Shown: piece by piece, positions 21,580 to 33,540 of the stretch | How the letters are laid out: each line of letters opens with the position of its first letter | Position numbering within the stretch: the first letter of the stretch is position 1 | DNA from: Eledone cirrhosa | Lineage: Eukaryota | NCBI GenBank assembly: GCA_964016885.1 | Contig: OZ024743.1 | Location: forward strand, 23,932,001-23,996,000 | DNA: 64,000 bases | Reading direction: 5' to 3' | Notes under the pieces: generated by a model | Databases searched by the model: none | Told to the model about the DNA's origin: nothing | What the model saw: the letters and a program-made list of their open reading frames with translations, nothing else | Translations under genes and position numbers: made by a program

Positions 21580-22879
21580 AATCGCTTAATGCGGTCCCTA
21601 GGGCATTGAAAATTTGAAATATTCTTTGCTCAAAACACTCACATGACCATAAGTATTACATGTGTAAAGTTTGAAAACAATCGGTTGGGTGGTTCTAATA
21701 CTAAAGGATTAAGGTATTGTTCTCAAAATAAATAATATTAAATCTGAGATTTTTATATTATGTGAGATAAAGCCTTTACCATGAAAATAATATAGTATAT
21801 ATAGAGTAATGTAAATGCTAACGGGTTAATTCCATCAGACCATGTGAGAGAGTTTATAATCACTCACGCACACATACACACTCACGCATGCAAACTCATA
21901 CACACACGCAATAGTTATTCCACTGTCATGTATCTTTGATGCATACAACTCTCAAAAGACGGCGTCTGTCACTCTCTCTCTCTCTCCCGCTATTCCCCTC
22001 TTTTAGTCTGTCTGTTTCTTTCACTCTCACTCTTTCTCTCTGTAACTCGTTCACATTTCTCCTCTCTATCGAAAAACGCTGTGACGAATGGGGAGGAGTA
22101 GAGAGCCACTTCACTTCGCCTCTCCGTTTCTTTCTCTCCCCTCTCACTCCCTCATTATGTACAGACATTGGCCTCTTCACTAGTTCGATCCCTAGGTAAG
22201 AATAATTTGAAATTTTGTTTTGCTCAAAACACTTCCGATAAACTTTTGATAATAAAAACGGTTGGGTACTTCTCGAGTTTTAGGGAAACAGACAGACATC
22301 CTCTGTTTTATATATATAGACTAGCAGAAAACCACCCGGTGGGCGGTTTTCTGCTAGCAAATCTAGTGTATATACTGATATTGTTGAGATTTGGATGAGA
22401 AATGTTTTCGGCACCACATGTTCATCGTCTCTCGATGTGTCTTTTATGCATGTATAAATATATATGTTATCTATACGGTGAAATCTTTGAAATAAATATA
22501 TGTTAAAACGAAAAAGGAGAAAAAGAGATTAGTGACGGAAATATAAACGTTATGATATAACGATGGAAATATATCTTCAAATGGTCCTTGGCATGGTGTC
22601 AAGTCAGAACCGCCTCGAACTGGTTACTGTCTCTATAGCAACCAGCGATTCCCTCGGCCTCAGTGACCAAAGTCAGTGGAGAGGGGAAAGTAATGTTTCT
22701 ATAGCGACAGTGTTTCTCTTGGTAGTACCAAAGTGGAGAAAGGAAGGGGAAGGTAATATTTCTGCAGCACCTACATTTGAGTTTTAGGGAAGGACAGACA
22801 AACAGAGAAATGCCCATATATTTCTGTGTGTGTATATATATATATATATATTACACACACAGAAATGTATATATATTTC

Positions 22880-22920
<41 letters not shown>

Positions 22921-23172
22921 CACACAGAAATGTATATGTATTTCTGTGTGTATATATATATATATATATTACACACACAGAAATGTATATATATTTCTGT
23001 GTGTATATATGTTTCTGTAGCACTCCTCAATTCCCCCCTCTCTCCCTCCCGCTATCCCCCTCTTGTAGTCTCTCTCTACGCGTGCGGAAAAAACATTCGC
23101 GCGCGCGCACGTGTTTCCACTGTCGGACAGACAGACAGACAGAGAAATTGCTGGTTATATATTATAAGGAGA
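21580..23172 (+). mobile_element. Cluster of Helitron/Helentron-associated non-autonomous (HINE-like) elements
   Basis: Ends of the form (CAGA)n...TATATATAGA, starts of the form ACTAGCAG with a hairpin (22321-22357), internal minisatellites. A similar start lies at about 38779. Family assignment is by resemblance only. Confidence 0.5.
22817..23010. repeat. Tandem array of about 3.5 self-complementary units
   Basis: Unit is ATTTCTGTGTG(TG)(TA)nTTACAC(AC)ACAGAAAT plus a short spacer. Confidence 0.85.
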
Positions 23173-23511
23173 TGACTGAGTATTCCTGACTCTTGTATCC
23201 TTAACATAATCCCGGGGAAGAAGTAGAATAGCACACTATATGACATGGTTAACCTTCCACACACTTACTAAAAACCAAACTTATCTTATATTGCTTGAGT
23301 CAATCCAAAGCTATCGAAGATACTCTCCAAGTATGTACAGTCACACACATACACTCTCTCTCACTCACGCACACCCTCTTTCTCTCACGCACACACACAC
23401 GTCCTCTCTCTCTCACGCACACACCCTCTCTCTCTTTCAATCACACACACTCTCTCACCCCACCCCCCTCAAGCTTTAAGGAAATCATTGTTTTGTTCGA
23501 TCAGGTCTGAT

Positions 23512-24165
23512 CATCATCATCATCATCATCACCGTTTTACGTCCGTTCTTCCACGCTAGCATGGGTTAGATGGGTTGTCCTGTTGTGTGCAGTGTCTGGT
23601 CGGCTGACTATGCCTTGCTCATACAGGAACTGATTGTGGCTTGATTTCTACAGCTGGATGCCCTTCCTAACACCAACCTCATTTACAGTGAGTGCTGGGT
23701 GCTTTTTCGTGGCGCCTACACATCCTTTACAGTGTGGGCTGGGTGCTTTTTTGCCGTGGCACCTCCACGACCACCTTGCGGTGGGGTGTGTGGGGGCATA
23801 TTGTTTATATGCTTCAGCATGTACCCATGGGAGGTCGGGTACTCTGTATTACTGCGTGACGCCAGAAGTCACGGTCGTGTGTCATTCATTGTCTTTGAGA
23901 GGTGTAATTGGGTAAGGTCGGCTTTTATCACCTCATCCCAGGTCATCTTGGGTCTCCCCACTCCGCGGTTTCCATCAACTTCTAGTGCTCTGCACCTTTT
24001 TATGCAGCTGTCATCCTTCATACGCATCACATGTCCATACCAGCGCAACCGCCTCTCCTGCACACAGCATTTGATTCCTCTTATGCTCAGTCTCTCTCTC
24101 AATTCATTTATGCTTTGTCGTTCACGTATATTACTGTTATACATCCATCGGAGCATGCAGGCTTC
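23512..24165 (-). mobile_element. Short 5'-truncated family A RTE copy
   Basis: Nearly identical to 2139-2789, with a few small indels. Confidence 0.95.
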
Positions 24166-26180
24166 CCTGGAGTAAAACAATAACTGGATATAAAAGAACT
24201 AAACCCAATGTTTTCATTAATGCAGATGGTTATCATCTCTGTATCCCGGCTTTATTTCTCAGTTGCAACCGCCTTCATGTACTTCGATACTGGAACAAAG
24301 ATCGGGAAATTAACCGTTAGTTTCCATCGTGTAGCCTCGTATGTGGACTTTGAGATCTGACGCGGTATATCCAGGTGTTGACTGGATTAAAATCTTTGTC
24401 CTGTCAACATTGAATCGAATTCCAAATCTCTGATATGCTTCTGTGTATAATTCTTTTGAAGATTAACTTCACTGTTTTTTGGTGTTGCATTGCCATTTGC
24501 ATATTGTAGCTCACACGCACTCACATCCTGTTAGGCAGTAGATTTTGTCTTGGGGTATAAATATCCAATTTGATTCCTAAAATCGTATTCACACTAAGAG
24601 TATCAGGAGCTAACTTGTTGGTCATAGCTGCAAGATATAAAATAGTGTTGGTGCCAATACACAACTTAGAAAAAAGGCTTGAACATCACTTGTTTATCCT
24701 ATTGTTCTGAGTCTTCGTTCGTAAATAAATGAATAAGTAAATCAGTTGACGACGGTGGCGATAAAGCGAGCTTGATATAATATCTCGTTCCCACTAGCTA
24801 TGTAATAGTTGTTGTAGCAATGACACAACAAGCATAATAGTTACTAACGCTCTGCCAATCATATTTAACAATTAGAGCAGACCTTACCATACATAAATAG
24901 TAGTTGAGTTTTTAATATATTTTTTTTTATGTTAGCCAACTCTTGTCTATCTGTCTCTTCTCCCTTTCCTTCCTCACTATTCAACACCAAAGAAGCGGAA
25001 TTAAGTAACAACCTAAATTCACAGATCTGTTATCTTTAAAAAATGACCTATGTTAATGGATCTTGTTTAAAAAGAAAGAAAAAATTGTTTTGTACTTAAA
25101 GTTTGATATCAAAACTGTGTCAGATCCTCGCTGTTATTACATTCAGATAAATAGGCAAGTAGAGGAATAACTTACTCATTACATCATATTATTATTATTG
25201 TTATTTAGCCTAGGTCAATGTGATCTAAACATTCGAGTCATGATCATCCTGTCTTTTTAGGGGTATCTACGACTATCTTATCTAACGTATATTTTTCCGG
25301 AGGAGATTTGGTTGCTATTTCTAACAAATCGAACAAACATCAGATGCTTTCTACGTAGTCTCGTACACGATTTTAGGAATCAAATTGGATATTTATACCC
25401 TTATTCAACGAAACAATCTACGGTGAGATTTTACATTTGGGGCGAGGTAATATATTTCTTGTTTTGTTTTGTTTTTAAATATCATATTAGAGTTGTCTTA
25501 ATGCTTGATTATGCAATTTGTCAAGGCGGAAAAGAAAGATATGTATATATAAGAATGTATCTAGGTATTGTGTCGTCCTATTACGCAAATGTGTACGTGA
25601 TAATCATGTAATCAAGCAGATAAAAAAAATAATAATAACCTCGTATTTACCGGATGTAGTTCGCATGCTACGCACGTCATTATATATAATGTACAATAAA
25701 CAATACAATATAATTACCTCATTACCCGAGGTTTCCCTAATAAGACGAATACGAAAAACGTCCTCATTCGTTCATCGGACAAGGAAATTTAAAACATAGT
25801 GAAATATTTGAAAAATATTTTTCAAATATGAGGTAATGGGGTAATTATATTGTATTGTTTATTATACATTAAATTTAGCTCTGGTACTCACATAGAGCAC
25901 TCTTCACTCCTATGACTTTTTCAATTTTCAACGGAAACTTCAATACTTATATATATATAGAATTAGCCATCGAAACGGCTTGAGCTCAGCCGTCGGGGTC
26001 CTACTCGTTCCTGTTACCCACTCTACTACCCTAAGTATTGAGTACTTTGGTGCGTATGGTCCATCTGGTTCCGTACCACATTTCCTTCGTTATATATATA
26101 TATATATATATATATAGTCTTTTCATAATAAAGTAGATCTTTCTATTTATTAATTTTGTTTATATATATATATACACATA

Positions 26181-26899
26181 TTTAACGAAGGGTATAAAAA
26201 GAAAAGTTAGAATGAATATATGTGGTTATTAGTTGATATGATAATGACAAAGTATAATATGAATAGGTATAATAACGAGAATATAAAGAATATATGAATA
26301 AATGATTTGGTTATATATAGTTTACTTCACGTGAATCAATTAAAAAGTACATATAAAACAGTTACCAAGAGTTGTTAATGTTGTTATTGTTGCTGATGTG
26401 AGGCTGTTGTTGTTGGTGTGAAAACAGCGAGCGACAGATAATTGTTGTTGGAATTTGAAGACCGTGGTAGTAAGAGAGAGATATGGTTAGTATATCTCTG
26501 AATGGTCTGTAATTAGTTGTAGACCACTGTGGCTTGTACATGGTCTGTAGAGTAGGGCTCAAATCTCCCTCTATGTATCAGTAGGCCTCATGGGGTCTGT
26601 TGATAGTGATGAATCCTTACATAGTTAGTTGTGTGTCCTAGCGCTCCGATATCTGTGTTCTCTGTAGACCCTTGGAGTCTTGATAGCAGTAAATCCTTAC
26701 ATAGCTTGTTATAGGTGTAATGCTCCGATGTATCTCTCTGAGTGGGATGATAGCACAGGCTTTATATAACTATCGCTTCCTGTCCCCCACCTTGAGGGGA
26801 CAGCCAAAACATCAACCTATTAACACAATAAATGTTATGACCTAGAATTTAATCCTTAGGTATCACCCAAAGTTCAAGGCGCGGACAGATTTCGCTACA
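26181..26899 (-). mobile_element. Probable solo LTR
   Basis: Minus strand begins TGTAGCGAAATCTGTCC, contains TATATAAA at about 26761-26768 and ends CGTTAAA (degenerate CA end). Its first about 150 bp resemble about 37820-37962. Confidence 0.55.
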
Positions 26900-27058
26900 C
26901 ACACATATATATATAAGTTTATCTTGGGTTCAAATTGAACACATGTATGTTTATCTCTCTTTTATATTTAATTGTATTACACAGCTCAGAAAAACCTCTT
27001 TCTTTGAGCTATTTAATTGTAAGAGACTATTTTGAGTTTCTAACTCAATATATACCTT

Positions 27059-27140
<82 letters not shown>

Positions 27141-27548
27141 AGGGTAAATATTGATGCAATTCAATTCAAGCACTCAACGTACTTTTTCTACATAGGAGTG
27201 ACGGAGTAAATATCGAATAAGGAAAAGCGAAGTAGTTTCAGATGTTCAAGTCCTTTAATAATAATTGTTTCTACTTTAGGCACAAGGCCAGCAATTACCA
27301 GTGCATTACTGGTACTTTATTTTATCGACCCCGTAAGGATGAAAGGCAAAGTCAATAATAATGCTGTGATATATATTTCAGTGACGACACTGGCCACATT
27401 GTTCTGTGTGCGAGTGTCGTGTCATCATCAGACAGCTTGTTACATAATAAGGTTATGTTTCCGAGGCAATCCAAATTGGATCTGTATATTATATATACAG
27501 CATTATTATTAAAGGACTTGAACATCTGAAACTACTTCGCTTTTCCTT

Positions 27549-27552
<4 letters not shown>
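27141..27552 (-). mobile_element. Penelope-like terminal remnant with inverted duplication, between (TA)n tracts, interrupted by a SINE fragment (about 27264-27353)
   Basis: About 50-bp perfect inverted repeat (27215-27264 vs 27502-27552). Internal hammerhead motif. The SINE fragment is flanked by AATAATAAT on both sides. Confidence 0.65.
27363..27436 (-). ncRNA. Type I hammerhead ribozyme motif with long stem II
   Basis: Minus strand GCTGT-CTGATGA-TGACACGACACT...AGTGTCGTCA-CT-GAAA-TATATA-TC-ACAGC: 5-bp stem I, AUC triplet, palindromic minimal stem III. The base of stem II is imperfect. Confidence 0.7.
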
Positions 27553-27603
<51 letters not shown>

Positions 27604-27695
27604 CGAAGGAAGTGTGGTAAGGAACCAGATAGACCATAACGCACCAGAGTACTCAATACTTAGGGTAGTAGAGTGAGTAATAGGAAAATGTTTAA

Positions 27696-30410
27696 TCGTC
27701 CCAGGCTTTTCTGGGTCTGCCTACTCCGTAACTTCCGTCTATTTTGATCGCCCTGCACTTTTTTATACAGCTGTCGTCTTTCATGCGCATCACGTGACCA
27801 TACCAACGTAGTCTTCTCTCGAGTAAACAACATCTGATCCCTCTTATTCCTAATTTCTCCCTTAGTTCAATTATGCTTTGCCGTTACTATTACACATCCA
27901 ACGGAGCATGCAAGCTTCGTTCCTCTCCAGTCTGCGTATATCCTCTGCACACAATGCCCAAGTCTCATTGCCATGTAACATTGCTGTTCGTATGCAGGCA
28001 TCATACAGCCTGCCTTTCATTTTTAGAGAGAAACCTTTAGCGGCCAATAGTGGTATAAGCTCTGAACTTTTTCCATCCCGTTCTGACTCTAGCTACTGTA
28101 CTTTCAGAGCACCCTCCACCACTGCTGATTTTGTCACCCAGGTAACGGAAGCTGTCCACTATTTCTATAGAACCATCTGTGCAATGGAATGAGCTAGTAT
28201 TCCGTGGGCACTTGCTGCTACTTATTGCACCTGAGCACCGACCACATATAAAATCTATATTCTTAGTTAGCTTACCTGTGATCCCATTACATCTTTTATG
28301 CACCCATACTTTGCATTTGGGACATAAAATGGAATTTCTGCCTACTCCTTTCCTACACACTGAGCATGGCCATTTTCCAGAGGGGACCGGTGCCCTATTT
28401 TCCTTCCTACACATACTAGAACTTTAGTCTTAGACAAGTTAACTTTAAGGCCTTTTGATTCTAGGCCATGCTTCTATGTTTGGAATTTCTTTTCTAGTTC
28501 ATCCATCGATTCAGCTATGAGCATTAGATCATCTGCATAGAGAAGTTCCCATGGGCAGCCGATCTTGAACTCCTCTGTTATAGCCTGAAGGGCAATAATA
28601 AATAGGAGGGGCTAAGGACAGAGCCCTGATGAACACCAACTTTTACGCTAAATTCATCACTATATTCATTGTTAATTCTAACTTACTGACTGTTTCTTTA
28701 TACATGGCTTGTATAGCTCTCAAGCCATTCATCAACCCCTTGTTTTCTAAGGGCCCACCAGATAATGGCCCGGGGGACTCTGTCAAATGCTTTCTCCAAG
28801 TTAACAAAAGCTAAGTATAGGAGTTTACTTTTAGCTAGGTACTTCTCCTGTAGTTGTCGTACAAGGAAAATGGCGTCTGTGGTACTTTTACCTGACACAA
28901 ACTTAAACTGCATTTCGTCTAGATCAATTTGCTCTCTGATTAGTTGCGCTATAACTTTTTTTGTGACCTTCATGACCTGGTCGATTAATTTAATGCCTCT
29001 ATAGTTTCCTCTATCTAGTGCATCTCCTTTACCCTTGTAGCAGTTAATGATGATGCTGCTACGCCAGTCATTTGGTATGACCCCGTTCTGTATGACTTGG
29101 TTTACTATCCGGGTGACCATGGTGTGTCCCACCGTTCCAGATGCTTTCAGTATTTCAGCAACTATCTCCGAAGGCCCAGCTGCCTTGCCTGTCTTCATAT
29201 CTTTGATTGCCGTCACAATGTTGTCCAACATGACTATTTAGGTCGCTAGCAATAATTATGTAGTCACTGTCGGTTATTTGGCAGGTAGTGAGCATTAGCG
29301 ACTCATAGAATCTGTCTTTTATAACGCCAGGCAGTCCGGATTGGGGTGCATACGCGGATATTATTGTCACAGTAGTTCTATTTAGGACAAGTCTTATTTT
29401 AATTATTCTGTCGTTCACTCTATTTACGTCTATTATCTTATCTACCTATTTTTCTGCTAGCATGATTCCTGCCCCACCCAGCTCATTGTCATTTCCCACC
29501 CAGAAAAGCTTATAGCATCGTTTTTTACCCACAATGAATCTAGCAGACCCGCCCCTCCACCTGGTCTCTTGAATACAGCAAACATCAACTTCCTTATGTT
29601 CAAGCATCTCTACAACCTCGTTAGAGCGACCTTTTAAAGTGCCTACATTCATGGTACCAACTCTGAAGTTTTGGATTGCGTTTGGTAGGTGGGAAGGATG
29701 AGGCGCAGGGAGGGGTGAGGGAGATGGGGTTATGTTAGCCATCCGCGGCCGAAATAAAGAGGAGTCCTTGAATTCTCGTCCGGCAACATGAGATGAATTT
29801 ATCTTTATCTTTGGCATTGTCATTGAGTGTCCAGATTTTTCAGACTCTCCAGAATTCCATAGTCCATCTAGCATATCGAAAAGCAACCAGGTCTAAACTT
29901 AAGGTGGTTTTGTGAAAGAGATTTGTAGGAGAAACATTATAAGCCGCTGAATTATGATTGGACCAAATAATAATGGTGGCGAGTGGGGTGGGGGATCTGG
30001 GGGAGTTAGCGAGAAGGTTATTTTATAATATAATCCTAGAAATTCGGCCATAATTAAACAAGCATATAACAGTATTAAGAGTTTAAATACAAGTAGAAGA
30101 TTGCTTTCGAGGTCTGACAGAATTATGGGAGTTTAAAATACAAGATTGTTTTGAAGGACTAGGAAACATGGAGAGACAAGAATAGGATGAATACATTACA
30201 TTTCTCAAAACCGAGCGACAAAGATGAGGGACCGACAAACTCTGAGATTCGTAGCTTACAAGTTTATTTTATATTTGGAGAGAGAGGGGGGGGGGACATG
30301 CAGGCGTATATACGATATATAAGGGAGACAGAGAGAGGAAGGGAACGAGAAGGTTATTTTATAATATAATCCTAGAAATTCGGCCATAATTAAACAAACA
30401 TATATATACA
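27696..30410 (-). mobile_element. Family B RTE retaining 5' UTR and APE start, with a large internal deletion, frameshifts and a missing 3' end
   Basis: ORF pieces 29446-29886 (GTMNV, IQETRW), 29155-29418, 28698-29231 and 28037-28414 (PHD). APE is joined directly to the RT N-terminal region at about 29210. Confidence 0.9.
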
Positions 30411-30478
<68 letters not shown>

Positions 30479-30640
30479 AAAAAGGGATGAAATCGAAAAT
30501 GCAACTGAAGTCTTATTTTTTTAAAAAATATATATATTTATTTGGTTCCTTTACCGGTTTCGCAGTTCTTTTGCTTTTCAAAAGGTGAGTTGAGATGGAG
30601 GGTCTGTGGTTTTTCTCACATCTGCTATCATTTTTTATCA

Positions 30641-30688
<48 letters not shown>

Positions 30689-30690
30689 TA

Positions 30691-31860
30691 TCATCATCAT
30701 CGTTTAACGTCCATCTTCCACGCTTGCATGGGTTTGGATGGGAGTTTTCCCACTTGAGGCAAGATTGGTTGTCCTGCTCGTATAGGACTGTCTGGCGGGT
30801 TTTCTACGGCTGGATGCCCTTCCTAACACCAACCACGTTTACTGTGTGGACTGGGAGGTTTTTACCGTGTTACCTACACTGCCACATTACAGCGTGGACT
30901 GTGTGGTTTTTTGTCGTGACACCTACACGTCTGGCGGGTTTTCTACGGCTGGGTGCCCTTCGCAACACCAACCACGTTTACAGTGTGGACAGGGAGGTTT
31001 TTACCGTGTTACTTACATGGCCACATTACAGCGTGGACTGTGTTTTTTTGTCGTGACATCTACACGACCTCATTTGTTTCGGACTGGATGTTGTGGTACC
31101 AACATAACTTCACATTTAAGGGGGTGGTGTGGATGGGGTGGGGGTAGTGGGACGGGGGTGTATTTTGTTAGAGGTGCCTACTGACTGTAGGTTTCGCTTT
31201 GTACTTAGGCAAGGCGGGTCTTCTGTATAACTGTGTAGCGCCAAAGATCTCTGTCCAGTGACATTGTCTTGGAGAGGTGTAAATGTGTGAGGTCGGAATT
31301 TATCAAGTCGTCCCAGGTTTTTCTGGGTCTGCCTACTTCGTGGCTACCGTCTATTTTTATCGTCCTGCACTTTTTTATACAGCTGTCGTCTTTCATGCGC
31401 ATCACATGACCGTACCAACGTAGTCTTCTCGAGTAAACAACATCTGATCCCTCTTATTCCTAATTTCTCCCTTAGTTCGTTTATGCTTTGCGGTTCACGT
31501 ATATTACTATTACACATCCAGCGGAGCATGCAAGCTTCGTTTCTCTCCAGTCTGCGTATATCCTCTGCACACAATGCCCAGGTTTCAATGCCATGTAACA
31601 TTGCTGTTCGTATGCAGGCATCATACAGCCTACCTTTCATTTTTAGAGAGAACCCTTTAGTGGCCAATAGTGGTATAAGCTCTCTGAACCTTTTCCATCC
31701 CGTTCTGACTCTAGCTACTCTACTTTCAGAGCACCCTCCACCACTGCTGATTTTGTCACCCAAGTAACGGAAGGTGTCCACTATTTCTATAGAACCATCT
31801 GTGCAATGGAATGAGCTAGTATTCTGTGGGCACTTGCTGCTACTTATTGTACCAGCGCAC
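30691..31860 (-). mobile_element. 5'-truncated family B RTE
   Basis: Close match to 9015-10180. Truncated at the end of the PHD, abutting (TA)n. Confidence 0.92.
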
Positions 31861-31895
31861 AATATACAGTATATATATATATATATATATATACA

Positions 31896-31944
<49 letters not shown>

Positions 31945-32490
31945 GTGTGTGTGTAGTGTATTTGATCAGTGAATTACTGGTGGTAGTACCAAAACGAGCA
32001 CTCGATGCACTGTATATATCAAGAAAAATGATGAAGTATGTGTGTATATGCTAGATATCCGTGGATTAAAGGTCGATGAAAACAATGCTAATCTATTGAT
32101 TTAAAATAGTATATTTAAAATTTCATACTTTTGCGCGACCTTAGGTTTCCGGGTCCAGTTATTGACAACACTGTAATTATGTCCTGGCGCCCGGTGAGAC
32201 GACAGTTTTGAAACGGCTCTTCCACTCTACAGTGACCATAACTGGATCCCGAAATCTAAATATACTATATATATATATTTCGTTTCTGAATTTGTTTAAC
32301 AAGATTCTTTATCTGAAAACGTGTGTTGAAACCGATATTGTTATACTTTGGGAGGGTCATGTTGCCAATTAGAAACACACGCACCAGTTGCTTTTACTTC
32401 AATTTATTATAAATTAAATTTATAAATTTAGGAATTTATAAATTTCCGGTTGGTTGGTTGGTTCCACAACCAGACGATTGTTCATATATT

Positions 32491-32533
32491 GTCAAAGTTC
32501 TTTCGTCACACATTCTGTGACCTCTTCAGTGAC
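32491..32533 (-). ncRNA. Minimal type I hammerhead ribozyme downstream of the Penelope-like ORF
   Basis: Minus strand GTCA-CTGAAGA-G-GTCACA gaatg TGTGAC-GAAA-GAAC-TT-TGAC: 4-bp stem I, 6-bp stem II, CUU triplet. Confidence 0.8.
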
Positions 32534-32722
32534 TGGGGATTCTTTTTTGTTTTTGTGCCTCTCCTTTGTTCTGTCCTACGCCATCTTGTTTTTGTGTGTG
32601 TTGTGTGCTTAGTTTGTGCATGTGTTACATCCGGGTGTCTGTGTGTGTTTATATTTGTTTATTTATTTACATGTTACTGGTTAGTTGTTTGTTCTATGTG
32701 TGTGTGTGTTTTCATTTTGTCC

Positions 32723-33540
32723 TTAATTGTAAGTTGTGATGTTGCTATTCCATTCATGTTTTCTATTTAATTTTGGTTGGAGTTCATTTATGTTTATTGC
32801 CTCTGTGATTTGTCTAAACATTGCGTCTTTTCTGTGTGTAGATTCTATTTTTATTTCTATGTTCTTTAATTTACCCTTATGTACTATTTTAGCATGTTGG
32901 TGGAGTACAGATGATTATTTACTATCTTGAAGCTCTCGCCAGTGTTCATTTATCCGTTCTCCTATACTACGAGCTGTCTCACCTATGTACACTATATTCT
33001 TATCTCTACATTGTCCTTCAGTACATCTTATGCTATATACTACATTTCTAGTTTTACAGTTAATATGGGGGCTTAGTTTACAGATTATACATTTCTTATA
33101 TATACAGGGAGGTCTTTGAAAAGGGTATGTATTGCTAATAAGTGTTTTTATGGAGGTACCTGGTCTTTCTACTATCTTAATATTGAGTTTATGTTTATCT
33201 AGGGCCCTTCTGAATTTGTAAGCTAATTCACCTCTAGGGGTTGTATTGATGAACATTACACTCTGGTATTTATTGCTATCATACCATGAGTTTATTCTAT
33301 TAACCTTATTCCTAGTTCTTTCTATTCTATTCCAAAATGTGCTCCTATACAAGGGGCAGGTCCCATTTGTATCATTATTTACCATTTTTTCCCATTTGGT
33401 TCTGGCTCCTCTATATACTCTGATCTTATCTCTCTGATTGTAACCAGAGAACTGCATACGGTGGATGAAGTGTTGTATGTGTCTCTCTAGTTCTTTGGGG
33501 TTGCACATGCGGGACAAATCCGCAATCAGTATGTTGATTT
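32723..33540 (-). pseudogene. 5'-truncated Penelope-like element ORF (thumb-linker-GIY-YIG), Naiad-like
   Basis: PLYR..W, SWY, CIYKKCIIC linker, NVVYSIRC...VYIGETARSIGERINEH. After the TAA at 32915-32917 the same frame continues SSVLHQH...FRQITEAINI...LNRKHEW to a stop at 32723. Confidence 0.85.

Noticed and set aside
32190-32220. CCGGTGAG...GAAAC hammerhead-like string
   Set aside because: The core is mutated and stem II does not pair.
32915-32917. In-frame stop in the Naiad-like ORF as a selenocysteine codon
   Set aside because: The codon is TAA, not TGA, and it is not at a Cys position. It is a simple nonsense mutation.
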